A DNA stretch of 64,000 bases from an uncultured Acidimicrobiia bacterium (GTDB lineage Bacteria; Actinomycetota; Acidimicrobiia; Spongiisociales; ZC4RG35). Shown here piece after piece: positions 39,640 through 50,665 of this stretch. The translations under genes were made by a program, and so were the position numbers. Position 1 is the first letter of the stretch. Every line of letters starts with the position of its first letter. The DNA lies in NCBI GenBank assembly GCA_963761985.1, contig CAVXIT010000002.1, positions 18,658-82,657 on the forward strand. The letters are read 5' to 3'. The notes below the pieces were generated by a model. That model did no database searches, had not been told where the DNA came from, and saw nothing but the letters and a program-made list of their open reading frames with translations.

Positions 39640-41242
39640 ATGACAGGCTCCCCGGGCAAGCCTCTGGGGCGATTTCTCGCCGCGGCCGGATGCGTTGCTG
39701 CGGTGGTGGTCGGGATGGCGCTGCTCCCGGGGGATCGGCAAGGCGAAATCTCACAAGCTGATTACTCAACGGCTGACATTCTTCCGGAGCCCGTGGCCGC
39801 GACCCATCCGCCAGGTCCACGACTCGGTGTCTTGACGAACGAGAGCTTTGCCCTCGAACTCGTCACCGGCCTGGGCGAGTACGAGACCCTCGTTGGCCCT
39901 GTCCGCTTCGGCGATCGTTACTGGCTGGTTGGCGCGCCAGAGTTTCCAGCCGAGAAGGCGACGTTGCTTTCTTCCGCCGACGGAAGCGAATGGATACCGG
40001 TTTCCGAGATAAACGCGGCGCCAGGACAGGTGCTGAGAGTCGATCAAATAGCTTCCGCCAATGGGAAGCTGCTGGTGGTCGGCGCTGAGGGTTCCCCGAC
40101 ACCAAAAACCTATTGGCCGCTGTTCCCGGGGGCGCTGACGGTCTGGACTTCGGGTGACGGGAGCCGCGTGGACGGCTGAAACCCTCACGCCTGAGTCGAC
40201 TGAGAACGGATACGGAGCCGAGCAGCTGATTGCGAGCGGATCAACCGTGCTGCTCACCGGCTGGAAATATCCGATTCTCGACTCTGCGCTTTTCGAATTG
40301 ATCCCACCGGACTTGGATCGCGCCCTGGCCCAGGGCGAACTCAGTCTCCGGGTACGTTCCGGGCTCGAGGTGGTCGCGACTCCAGGGATCGTTGTGTGGC
40401 GTCAACCATCCGACCCCGGCTCATCCTTGCGAGAGCTCAACTGGGGACACACCTCGTTCCTCTACCGCTTCGACGGCACGGTTTGGCAAGCTATCGAGTC
40501 TGAAGAAATCGAGTCCCTCGAGCCATTCTTTGGAGCAGACCTCCGCCACATCGCAGCTCTACCCGAAGGCGGGTTCTTGATCCCGGGAGTGAGAACGGGC
40601 GCCCTGACATCGGATTCCGGTATCGAGTGGCGACCCGAACCGACGTTTCCCATGTCCAACTTCTATCTCAATTGGGACGAACACCTGGCGGCTCCGTATT
40701 CACTCATCTCTTATTGGATCAGCGACAACGACGGTTTCACTCGCGTCGACTTCCCCCGCGAGATGATCGAGGCCGAAGGTGGTCTCGCCTTGACTGGTTC
40801 GCCCGCTGGGTTGGTTGCGAATTCCATGGCGTCATGGCCTCCAGAACAGCAGGAGATCCGCTCCGGTGGTTACACGGTCACTTACGACCGGAACCAGGAG
40901 TTGCCTTTCACCTTGAGTGGCCCCGACCTTTCGCAACCGATCAGCTTCTCGGGTCTCACCGATCATCGATACGACTCTTCCTCCAAGACTGTGACTCTCG
41001 TCGCAGATCAGCAGGAGTTCGAGTTTCCGCTCGCCGCCCTCCAGCGTTTTCACGAACGACCTCGGACTGGCAATGATCTCTATGTAGCCGCAGATGGGAT
41101 CCGCTGGTCCCGACCAAACATTGTCCCGCTATTTGGCGAACTTCGGGTCATGGGCGGAGGACCTGACTTCCTCCTTCTCCAAACCATCGACCAATACAGC
41201 CAGCCGGTGTCGGCCGTCTACCGGGCAGAGATTTCGCCCTGA
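39640..41242 (+). pseudogene. secreted BNR/Asp-box repeat beta-propeller protein, split by a single-base frameshift near 40162
   Basis: Asp-boxes SADGSEW, SDSGIEW, AADGIRW, FDGTVW; a fifth box SGDG|AAWTAE is reconstituted only by joining frame 1 (39640..40179) to frame 2 (40154..41242). Confidence 0.55.
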
Positions 41243-41284
41243 GCACGGCGTGGAAATGCAAGGCGGGCATATGATCCCAAGTCT

Positions 41285-42283
41285 GTGACGAGCCGCACCC
41301 CGATCCTCGAGGTCAAGGACCTGGAGACGCAGTTCCACACCCAGGACGGGACGGTCCATGCCGTCAACGGTGTCAGCTTCAACCTCAACAACGGTGAGTT
41401 CCTGGGGGTGGTCGGCGAAAGCGGCTCCGGGAAGAGCGTGACGATGATGTCGCTTCTTCGCCTCATCCCGATGCCACCCGGCGAAATCGTCTCAGGTCAG
41501 GTCATGTTTGAAGGAAACGACCTGGTCACCATGGACCTCGACGACCTCCGCAAGGTTCGCGGAGGACGGATCGGTTTCATCTTCCAGGACCCGCTCACCT
41601 CGCTCAACCCCGTCCTCACGATCGGCTACCAGATCATGGAGGCACTGAAGATCCACACCGATCTCCCGGAGAAGGCCCGGGAGCAACGCGCGCTCGACCT
41701 TCTCAAGTTGGTCGGGATCCCGGGAGCGAAGCGGAGGCTGGATTCATATCCTCACGAGCTTTCCGGAGGTATGCGCCAGCGGGTCATGATCTCAATGGCG
41801 CTGGGCTGTTCCCCACGCATCTTGATCGCCGACGAGCCCACCACTGCCCTCGACGTCACCATTCAGGCCCAGATCATCGAGATCGTGCGCGACCTCAGGG
41901 AGAAGCTTGGTACCGCAGTCATCTGGATTACACATGACCTCGGCGTGGTAGCCGGCTTGGCCGATCGCGTCATCGTGATGTACGGCGGACAGATCGTCGA
42001 AGAAGCGCCCGTTGGCGAGCTCTACGCCGATCCCCAGCATCCCTACACCCGCGGGTTGCTCGGGTCGATTCCCCGGCTTGACCAAAAGGGCCAGGACCTC
42101 GTCAACATCAAGGGCGCGCCTCCGAGCCTTTATCAAAAGCCAGAAAGCTGCCCTTTCGCCCCTCGCTGCCCGTTCGTTTTTGAGAGATGTCTAAAGGAAA
42201 ACCCGCCGTTGCTCATGGTCGGCGAAGCCCACTTCGCTGCGTGTTGGTGGGACATGGACAACAACCAGCCCAGGTCTGTATGA
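41285..42283 (+). CDS. peptide ABC transporter ATP-binding protein (OppD/DppD-like)
   Basis: Walker [11 protein letters not shown], signature LSGGMRQR, C-terminal oligopeptide-transporter extension. Confidence 0.9.
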   Translation: MTSRTPILEVKDLETQFHTQDGTVHAVNGVSFNLNNGEFLGVVGESGSGKSVTMMSLLRLIPMPPGEIVSGQVMFEGNDLVTMDLDDLRKVRGGRIGFIFQDPLTSLNPVLTIGYQIMEALKIHTDLPEKAREQRALDLLKLVGIPGAKRRLDSYPHELSGGMRQRVMISMALGCSPRILIADEPTTALDVTIQAQIIEIVRDLREKLGTAVIWITHDLGVVAGLADRVIVMYGGQIVEEAPVGELYADPQHPYTRGLLGSIPRLDQKGQDLVNIKGAPPSLYQKPESCPFAPRCPFVFERCLKENPPLLMVGEAHFAACWWDMDNNQPRSV

Positions 42284-42293
42284 AAAGGGCCGT

Positions 42294-43380
42294 ATGACGA
42301 CAGTCGAGCCGCTCGAACGGACCATCCCGACCAAGGAAGTGCTCGTCAGCGTCAAAGGGCTGAAGAAGCACTTTCCGATCCTGCAAGGGTTGCTGCGCAG
42401 ACAAGTGGGGGCGGTCAAAGCGGTCGACGGCGTGACGTTCGACATCTACCGCGGCGAGACTCTCGGGCTGGTGGGCGAGAGCGGATCTGGCAAGTCCACC
42501 ACGGGCCGGGTGATCCTGCAGCTCGACCAGGCGACGGAAGGAACGATCTCCTTCGAAGGCCAGGAGCTCACCACCCTCAACGCCGAGAAGATGCGCCGCC
42601 TCCGGCCGCAGATGCAAATGGTCTTCCAGGACCCCCACGCATCGCTGAACCCGAGGATGACCGTCGGGTCGATCATCGCCGAGCCTCTGACAGAGCACAA
42701 GAAGGCGAGGGGTGACGATCGAGAACAGCGTGTAGTCGAGCTTCTCAGCTTGGTCGGACTCGCGTCCAAACATGCCAATCGCTATCCCCACGAGTTCTCA
42801 GGGTGGCCAGAGGCAACGAATCGGGATCGCCCGGGCAATTGCTCTCAATCCGGACTTCATCGTTTGCGACGAACCGATCGCCGCCCTCGACGTCTCAATC
42901 CAGGCCCAGGTCGTGAACCTGCTCGAGAATCTGCAGGGGATGCTCAATCTCACCTATCTCTTCATCTCCCACGACCTGTCGATGGTGCGCCACATCGCCG
43001 ACCGGGTGGCCGTGATGTATCTCGGCCGGATCATGGAATTGACCACCGTCGATCGTCTCTACAACCATCCCCAGCATCCCTACACCCAGGCTTTGCTATC
43101 GGCCGTTCCGGTTCCCGACCCCCAAATCGAAGCGGTGAGAAAACGGGTCATCCTCGAAGGCGACATCCCCAGCCCCGCCGACCCGCCCCCGGGATGCCCG
43201 TTCAACACCCGTTGCCCCATGGCGCAGGAGCGCTGCGTGGAGGAGATCCCCGAATGGCGCCAGCTCAGAACCGGCCATTGGGTGGCCTGTCACTTCGCCG
43301 AAGACACGCCAGATGTTGCCGCAGTGGAGACCGTAACCGAGCCAGAACAGGAGCCTCCGACCCTGCCGTCGTCCCCATAG
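42294..43380 (+). pseudogene. peptide ABC transporter ATP-binding protein (OppF/DppF-like) with a +1 frameshift near 42804
   Basis: Frame 0 reads ...RYPHEFSG then garbage; frame 1 continues [29 protein letters not shown]; the signature LSGGQ motif is split across frames. Confidence 0.8.
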
Positions 43381-43478
43381 CCTGGTACCGTTGGCCCGTC
43401 CGTTCGGGCGACGCGGCATGCGGACGGCCGTGCGGACATATGTTGGACGAAAACTCTCTAAATGGAGGAGACAACTTA

Positions 43479-45294
43479 ATGAAACGATGGCAATGGCTGT
43501 GTTTGTTCGCGGCCCTTGCGGTTTTCGCCGCGGCTTGTGGATCCGGTACCACGGACACCACCACCGACGGCGGAACTGCGACCACCGCTGATGCAGGCGC
43601 AACCACAACCGAAGGAACGGCCGAGACGACCGCGCCCGCCACGACCGGGGAAGCCGGTCAGGGTGGCGATTTCCTCGCCTTCCAATGGCAGGGGCCCTCC
43701 CAGGCCAACGCCTACCTCTCGACCGGAACCAAGGACATCTTGGCCAGTTCGCTCGTTCTCGAGCCACTCGCCGAGTGGTCTCCGGGTGGAGAGATAGTGC
43801 CGGCGTTGGCGGCCGAGATCCCAACCGTGGAGAATGGCGGCGTCGCCGAGGACTTCAGCTCGGTCACCTGGACGCTGCAGGAAGGCGTCTTGTGGTCGGA
43901 TGGGACGCCCCTCACCGCTGATGACGTCGTCTTCAGCTGGGAATACTGCTCCAATGAGGAGACCGGGTGCATCGCCGACTTCACCACGGTGGAGAGCGTC
44001 GTGGCGGATGATGACACGCACGTCACCGATCAACTTCGTCAGCCCCCAGCCCTTCCCCTACGTCCACTTCGTCAGCCTCACCTACCCGGTCATCCAACGG
44101 GCCCAGTTCGCCGACTGCGCTGGCGCCGCTGCCAACGCCTGCACCGAGCAGAACTTCAAGCCGGTCGGGACTGGTCCATACATGGTGACCGAAATTGTGC
44201 CAGAGGACGTCGTGTCCTACGAGATCAACCCGAACTACCGCGGAATTCCGGATGGCAAGCCGTTCTTCGGCACCGTGACCATTGAAGGTGGCGGCGACGC
44301 CGAATCGGCGGCACGTTCCGTCCTCGAGATCGGTGAAGGCGACTATGCCTGGAACCTCCAGGTTGCTCCCGAGATCATCGGTCCTATGGAGGATGCAGGG
44401 AACGGAGTCGTTCTGGTGGCTTTCGGTTCGAGCGTTGAGCACCTCAACCTCAACCAGACCAACCCCGATTCCACCGATCCACCCCCGTCGGACTATGCCG
44501 GTGGTTCCAACCCCCACCCGGTGTTCTTCGACAACCCCGACTTGGTCAGAGCGCTGTCGATGGCGATCAACCGCGAAGAGCTGGTGGCCGTTGGTTACGG
44601 TCCGGCCGGCACTCCTACCTGCAACATCTGGCCAACTGAGCCGGGCCTGTCAACCAACATGGACTGGTGCCTCACCCAGGACATCGAAGGCGCCAACGCC
44701 CTGCTCGATGAGATCGGCGCTGTCGATTCCGACGGCGACGGTGTTCGCGAATGGAACGGGACCCCGCTCGAGTTTGACTTCGTCACCTCGACTAACGCGG
44801 TGCGGCAGTCGAACCAGGCTCTGATTGAGAGCTATTGGGCCGAGATTGGCGTTGTCGCCAACATGAGGAACGAGGACGCGGGCCTGTATTTCGACGGGAC
44901 CTGCGCCGCCGATGCGTGCATCTGGAAGTTCTATGCGGACATCGAGATGTTCACGAACAACTCCACCAGCCCTGATCCTCAGGGTTACATGGTGCAGTAC
45001 ACCATCGACGACATCCCCGAATCGACCAACGCCTATGCCGGCGGCAACATCCCCCGTTTCGCCAGCCAGGAATACGACGATGTCTACGCGCAGCTGGAAG
45101 CAGCTTCGCTGGAGGACCCGGCCCGTGAGGACCTGGTCGCACAGCTGAACGACCTCGTCGTTGGTGCTGGAGCGATCGTCCCGTTGATCGAGCGTGGAAA
45201 CGTGTCGGCCTTTGCCAACGATATCCAGGGGGTTGGTGACCTCAACGCCTGGGACTCCGAATACTGGAACATCGAAGAGTGGACCCGCGGCTAG
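43479..45294 (+). pseudogene. ABC transporter substrate-binding protein (family 5, peptide/nickel) with a +1 frameshift near 44049
   Basis: Lipoprotein signal MKRWQWLCLFAALAVFAAACGS with GGAGGA SD; frame 0 to ...DDTHVT, then frame 1 INFVSPQPFPY...NPNYRG to the end. Confidence 0.8.
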
Positions 45295-45330
45295 TCAGCT
45301 AAGGGAACACCCACAGAAATGACCGAACAA

Positions 45331-45372
45331 GAGAGCCTCTCGGGTCCGCTCGGGAGGCTCTCTTCCTATTTC
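45331..45372 (+). terminator. rho-independent terminator-like hairpin after the SBP gene
   Basis: GAGAGCCTC-N14-GAGGCTCTC stem followed by TTCCTATTTC. Confidence 0.55.
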
Positions 45373-45413
45373 GGGCTTCCTGAGAGTCTTTTAGTTATGG
45401 GAATCGTCTAGCC

Positions 45414-46427
45414 ATGGGGCAGTACGTTCTGCGGCGAACGCTATTTGCGATTCCGACCCTCATCGTCATCAGCCTGATCATCTTCGCGATCCTCGATCTG
45501 GCCCCAGGCGATCCCACTTCGCAGCTGCCGCTGACTCTTCCCGCTGAGGTGCGAGAAAACATTCGTGAATCATTGGGATTCAACGATCCGTTCTTGATCC
45601 AATGGCTCAAATGGATGAGGCTCATGTTCATCAACGAGCCCCTCCACTTCATCGACTCGGTCTTTAACACCTGCATCGGCGACTGCGAGAACCGTGCCCG
45701 GATTCTCTCCTGGTCCTCGCGGGCCCCGGCAATCGACATCATCGGCCAACGGCTTCCCCAGACGCTTTGGGTGTTGGGGCTTGCCTTCGTTCTCGGGACC
45801 ATCATCGCCATCCCGATCGGCGTGATTTCCGCGTACAAGCAGTATTCGTTCTTCGACAACGCCGGGACCCTTTTCACGATGATCGGGTTCTCGGCACCTA
45901 CCTTCTTCACCGGCCTGCTGGCGATCGTCGTCTTCAGCGTCGGTCTTGGTTGGTTCCCCTCGTTCTACGACTCGACCCTGGTGGTCAACAGTTGGGAGAC
46001 CTTCTGGGCCTTTCTCAAACAGATGGCGATGCCGGTAGCGGTGCTGACTCTCTTCAACACTGCTGCTTTGAGCCGATTCACTCGCGCCTCGATGCTGGAC
46101 AACCTCAACGAGGACTATGTACGCACCGCCCGATCCAAGGGACTGGGCGAGGGGCGGGTGGTAATGACCCACGTCATGCGCAACAGCCTCATTCCTGTCA
46201 CCACTTTGATTGCGCTGCAGGTCCCCGGGATTTTTGGCGGGGCGATCATCACCGAGCAGATCTTCCGCATCAATGGTCTCGGAGCGCTGCTGATCTCGGC
46301 CATCGGACAGTCCGACGTGCCTATGGTGCAAACCTTGACCTTTATCTTTGCTGTGCTCATCGTCGTCTTCAATCTGATCGCCGACATCACCTACGGGTTG
46401 CTCGACCCCCGAATTCGATACGATTGA
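45414..46427 (+). CDS. peptide ABC transporter permease (OppB/DppB-like)
   Basis: 337 aa, intact; typical N-terminus MGQYVLRRTLFAIPTLIVISLIIF. Confidence 0.9.
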   Translation: MGQYVLRRTLFAIPTLIVISLIIFAILDLAPGDPTSQLPLTLPAEVRENIRESLGFNDPFLIQWLKWMRLMFINEPLHFIDSVFNTCIGDCENRARILSWSSRAPAIDIIGQRLPQTLWVLGLAFVLGTIIAIPIGVISAYKQYSFFDNAGTLFTMIGFSAPTFFTGLLAIVVFSVGLGWFPSFYDSTLVVNSWETFWAFLKQMAMPVAVLTLFNTAALSRFTRASMLDNLNEDYVRTARSKGLGEGRVVMTHVMRNSLIPVTTLIALQVPGIFGGAIITEQIFRINGLGALLISAIGQSDVPMVQTLTFIFAVLIVVFNLIADITYGLLDPRIRYD

Positions 46428-46441
46428 GTTAGGAGACTGAG

Positions 46442-47382
46442 ATAGCCACCACCCAGGAGCGGGTCGAAAGTGCCCCGGAGCTAAAGCCACAGCAGCCGGG
46501 TGAAAAGCATCGGTCCCTCAAGCAGGACGTCTGGCGACAGTTCAAGCGGCACAAAGGAGCGATCGTCGGACTGATCCTCCTGGTCTTGATTGTGCTGGCA
46601 AGCGTGGCCGGCCCGTTCCTTTACGGCGTCGACCCTACGAGATTGACACGGTGTCGGCCAATCAGCCGCCTTCGGCCGAGCATCTCCTCGGCACCGACAA
46701 CCTGGGGCGGGATGTGCTCGCCCGGGTACTGGTCGGTGGCAGGATCTCACTTGCGGTTGGGTTCGCGGCGATGCTTTTCGGACTGTTTCTCGGCACCGCG
46801 ATCGGGATCATCGCCGGGTTCTTCAAGAAGCTCGACGGACCGCTGATGCGGCTAACCGACCTTTTCCTGGCTCTGCCAATCCTGCCCTTGTTGCTCGTCG
46901 TCATCATGCTGTTCCGGGAGAGCCTGAAGGACGCGTTCGGTGAAAACACCGGGATCTTCATCCTCGTGGTATTCATCATTGGCGCTACCAGTTGGATGCA
47001 GACTGCCCGGGTGGTCCGCGGTGACGTGCTCTCGATCAAAGAGGAGGAGTTCGTGCTGGCCGCGCACAGCATCGGCACCCGGAAGCGGAAAGTGATCATG
47101 CGTCACATCCTCCCCAACATCCTGAGCCCGGTCATGGTCTCGGCCGCGCTAGGAGTCGCCTCCGCCATAATCACTGAATCGGCGTTGTCGTTCCTCGGCC
47201 TTGGCTTCCCGGCGGATTTCCCGACCTGGGGCCGGCTGGTGTTCGACGGCCGCAACTACCTCCAGCTCAATGCGGCGTGGGTTCTCTCCCCCGGCGTGCT
47301 GATCATGCTGGCGGTGATGAGCGTCAACTTCATCGGCGACGGCATCCGCGACGCCCTCGACCCCCGGCTTCGCAGCCGTTAG
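46442..47382 (+). pseudogene. peptide ABC transporter permease (OppC/DppC-like) with ATA in the start position and a -1 frameshift near 46634
   Basis: AGGAGA SD 5 nt before ATA GCC ACC; N-terminal TM (GAIVGLILLVLIVLASVAGPFLYGVDP) in one frame, conserved YEIDTVSANQPPSAEHLLGTDNLGRDV... in the next. Confidence 0.7.
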
Positions 47383-48303
47383 TCACTCAGCTCTTCGTTC
47401 GTCCCCGGTCGATTCGAGAACATTGCGCAGCGCCGGCTCAAGGTCAGGGAAGGCAAATTCGTAACCGCTGGTTTGCGTGGCGGCCGGAATTACGTGGCGC
47501 GAGGAGATCAATTCCGTTGCAAATCCACCAATGACGGCCTTCACGGCGAAGCCGGGAGCCGGGACAAATCCTGGTCGGTGCATCACCCGGGCCATCGTGG
47601 AGGCCCAGTCACGTTGTCTGCGTCCATCAGGAGCAACCACGTTGTAGGCCCCGCTCAAGCGATTCTCGAGAGCGTGAATAACAAAGCCCACCACGTCATC
47701 TCGATGAACCCACGACCACCATTGCCGACCCCCGGCGATTGGGCCGAATATGCCCAAATTGGTGACGAGCTTGAGCCGTGCGATCGCCGGTCCATCGGGA
47801 GCTAGAACGATCCCGAAGCGGGTGCGAGCCACGTTCACTCCCAGCCTCTCTGCCGCCATGGCCGCCACCTCGGCTTCTCGCCAGACCGACGCAACAAAAT
47901 CTGTACCTGCGGTCGCATCCTCGGTGAGAGTCTCGTTGCCCCGGTCGCCGTAATAACCAATCGAGCTCGCCGAGACCATCACCTTCGGAGGATTTGAGAG
48001 AGTTGCCATGCCTTCGACGAGGCGGTTTGCAGTTACAACGCGACTGCTTCTGATCCGCCGTTTCTTAGCCTCCGTCCAACGACCTTGGGCAGGTTCACCC
48101 GCGAGATTGACGACCCCCTCGACACCGTTCCAAACCTCCGCGGGAGGTGGACCCTTTCCATAGTCCCATTCGAAGCTCGCCGACGAAGTCGGTGGGTCGC
48201 CTCCTGGCCTGGTGAGGATCACCGTCGCATGGCCCTCCCGCTGCAGGCGGTCCACCAGCACCGAGCCGATAAAGCCCGTACCCCCCGTGAGGAGGACCTT
48301 CAT
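47383..48303 (-). CDS. TIGR01777/YfcH-like NAD-dependent epimerase family protein (SDR fold + DUF1731)
   Basis: MKVLLTGGTGFIGSVLVDRL Rossmann N-terminus; 306 aa. Confidence 0.8.
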   Translation of the reverse strand: MKVLLTGGTGFIGSVLVDRLQREGHATVILTRPGGDPPTSSASFEWDYGKGPPPAEVWNGVEGVVNLAGEPAQGRWTEAKKRRIRSSRVVTANRLVEGMATLSNPPKVMVSASSIGYYGDRGNETLTEDATAGTDFVASVWREAEVAAMAAERLGVNVARTRFGIVLAPDGPAIARLKLVTNLGIFGPIAGGRQWWSWVHRDDVVGFVIHALENRLSGAYNVVAPDGRRQRDWASTMARVMHRPGFVPAPGFAVKAVIGGFATELISSRHVIPAATQTSGYEFAFPDLEPALRNVLESTGDERRAE

Positions 48304-48477
48304 GTCACTTTCTGCTTCATGGCTTCTACGACCTTCTCGATGCGCCTGGCGCGGGTGGCGTCGGTCTTGGCGCCTTCGACCGATTCGGTGTGCTGGCGTT
48401 GGTGGCTGTAGGACATGGCGCGGAAGGCCTCGAGAAGCTTGGATCGGCTGTTAAGAGCGCTCCGTCAGGTCATCGGA

Positions 48478-48753
48478 CTAACTCGACGATTCGCGGGGTT
48501 CGGTGTCGAGTTCTACCCCGGCCTCGAATTTGTCTCCGGCCTTGAGGCCGACGCTATCGCGATGCACTCCCGCCAGCGGGAGAAAGTACTCACCGGTGTA
48601 CGCCGCCACCGTGCTTCGGTATGTGTAGTCCCCGATCGTCACCACTACTGGCGGGCGTTGGCCCTTTCCCAACTGCTCCACCACGTCGGCCGGCACGCGG
48701 AATCCTGTGGCTGTTTTGCCTCCCAATTCGAGGACGGTTTTGAACTTGATCAC
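48478..48753 (-). CDS. DUF1905 domain protein
   Basis: 91 aa MIKFKTVLELGGKTATGFRVP... Confidence 0.55.
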   Translation of the reverse strand: MIKFKTVLELGGKTATGFRVPADVVEQLGKGQRPPVVVTIGDYTYRSTVAAYTGEYFLPLAGVHRDSVGLKAGDKFEAGVELDTEPRESSS

Positions 48754-49781
48754 GAGATCCCTTTCTTGATCCGAGGTGCGACTTCGGTTCCGAAGAGCTC
48801 GATCGAACGCATGACTTGCTCGTGGGGAAGAGTGCCAACACTTGTGTGGAGCATGAACCGTTCGATGCCCAGCACTTCGCGCCAGCGGAGGATCTTCTCC
48901 GCCACGATGTCGGGATCGCCCAGGACCAGGGAACCGGCTGGTGCCCGCATGCCGTCGAACTGAAGCCGGGTCATCGGCGGCCAGCCTCGCTCCTGGCCCA
49001 ACCGGGTCATCACGATTTCGTAGGGCGGATAGAACTCGGCTGCGGCCTGTTCGGTGTCATCGCTGACGTAACCGTGAGCATGAACCGCTAGCGGTACTTC
49101 GGCCGGATCGAAGCCAGCCGAGCGGAGCGCTCGCCGGTGGAGTTCGGCCAAGGTCGCAAATCGATCCGGGATGCCTCCAATGATTGCTAGAGCCACCGGC
49201 AGTCCTCGCAATCCGGCGCGAACCATCGACTCCGGATTGCCGCCCACCCCGACCCAGATCGGCAGCGGGTCCTGGAATGGCCGGGGATAAATGCCTTGCG
49301 CTTCGAGCGGTGATCGAAACTTGCCCGACCAGGTGACCTTTTCGTTATCGCGTATGGCTAGCAGGAGGTCGAGTTTCTCAGAGAAGAGATCGTCGTAGTC
49401 GGCGAGGTCGTAGCCGAACAACGGAAATGACTCGATGAAGGAGCCCCGACCCACGAGGAGCTCGGCGCGGCCGGAGGAAAGTTGATCGAGCGTGGCGAAA
49501 TCCTGGAAGACCCTCACCGGATCGTCGGAGGAAAGGATCGTCACGGCCGGAGTCAAACGGATGCGGTCGGTTTTGCCGGCGATCGTCGCCAGGACCGTCG
49601 CTGGCGAGGAGGAGGCAAAATCGGGCCGGTGGTGCTCTCCAACCCCGTAGACGTCGAGACCGACTTCTTCGCTCAGCACCGCCTCGGCCAATACCTGGCG
49701 CAGACGGTCGCCATGGTCAATCAACTCGCCCGTGGATGGGTTCGGCGTGGTTTCAGCAAAGGTGGTGATCCCAAGTTCCAT
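48750..49781 (-). CDS. LLM-class flavin-dependent oxidoreductase
   Basis: Luciferase-like TIM barrel (MELGITTFAETT...VYGVGEHH). Confidence 0.8.
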   Translation of the reverse strand: MELGITTFAETTPNPSTGELIDHGDRLRQVLAEAVLSEEVGLDVYGVGEHHRPDFASSSPATVLATIAGKTDRIRLTPAVTILSSDDPVRVFQDFATLDQLSSGRAELLVGRGSFIESFPLFGYDLADYDDLFSEKLDLLLAIRDNEKVTWSGKFRSPLEAQGIYPRPFQDPLPIWVGVGGNPESMVRAGLRGLPVALAIIGGIPDRFATLAELHRRALRSAGFDPAEVPLAVHAHGYVSDDTEQAAAEFYPPYEIVMTRLGQERGWPPMTRLQFDGMRAPAGSLVLGDPDIVAEKILRWREVLGIERFMLHTSVGTLPHEQVMRSIELFGTEVAPRIKKGIS

Positions 49782-49808
49782 ACAGGCAGAAGGTAACTGA
49801 AGCGGTCG

Positions 49809-50627
49809 CTATTCCCGACTTCGCCCTCGCCCACGCTTGACCGTGAGAACAACGAAGAACAAGACGATTGGAATTAAGGCCACTGTCGCCGCGGCGTCGG
49901 TGTCGAGGTGATATGACACGGCCAAGCCGAAAACGACGGCAAGGACACCGATCACTGCGGCCATGACCATCATGGCCGGCACTCTTCGAACCAAGAGCGC
50001 GGCGGAGGCCGGCGGACCTACCAAAAGGCCAAACACCAGGAGCGTCCCGATGGTTGGAAAGGAGGCGACCACAGCCCCCGTGATCATGGTTAGGAGCAAT
50101 AGATGCACGAGACGGGGACGGAGCCTCAGGGTTTGCGCTTTTTGGAGGTTGAAGGCCAGGCCGAGCAGCGGTCGGTAGAGGAGCGTCGAGACCGCCACGA
50201 TGCCGGCAGCGACACCCGCCAGGATCCACAAGTGCGACGTTTCAATCCCAAACAAATCTCCGAACAAGACCTCGGCCAGAGCCTCGGCATCTCCTCCTCC
50301 GGCGAGGATCACCCCTGTTGCCAGCATGCCCACAAAGAGCAGACCGATCGCGGTGTCCTCACTGAAAGCTGCATTGCGGTGGACATAGTTGATTCCAGCG
50401 ATCATCACCAGCGCTGCCACGGCGGCTCCTAGAAACGGGCTGAAGCCCAGCAGGAGCGCCAGGGCAATGCCCGGAATCACTCCGTGAGCCAGAGCATCCC
50501 CGAAGAAGCTCATCCCTCTGATGACGATCCACGTGCCAACAACGGCTAACGCGATGGCCGCAACTGTGCCGCTGACGAACGCCGTCTGCTGGGGCCCCGT
50601 TGAAAAGGGCTGAACTAACCAATCCAT
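49809..50627 (-). CDS. metal ABC transporter permease (ABC-3/ZnuB-MntB family)
   Basis: 272 aa; 8 TM; FFGDALAHGVIPG motif. Confidence 0.85.
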   Translation of the reverse strand: MDWLVQPFSTGPQQTAFVSGTVAAIALAVVGTWIVIRGMSFFGDALAHGVIPGIALALLLGFSPFLGAAVAALVMIAGINYVHRNAAFSEDTAIGLLFVGMLATGVILAGGGDAEALAEVLFGDLFGIETSHLWILAGVAAGIVAVSTLLYRPLLGLAFNLQKAQTLRLRPRLVHLLLLTMITGAVVASFPTIGTLLVFGLLVGPPASAALLVRRVPAMMVMAAVIGVLAVVFGLAVSYHLDTDAAATVALIPIVLFFVVLTVKRGRGRSRE

Positions 50628-50644
50628 CCCGGAGATCCTAACGT

Positions 50645-50662
50645 ATAATGAGAATCGATATC
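50645..50662. promoter_or_regulatory. Fur-box-like operator ATAATGAGAATCGATATC
   Basis: About 15 of 18 positions match the recalled Fur consensus ATAATGATAATCATTATC (from memory); lies in the 40-bp divergent region between the permease and fur-family/ATPase genes. Confidence 0.45.
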
Positions 50663-50665
50663 AAT

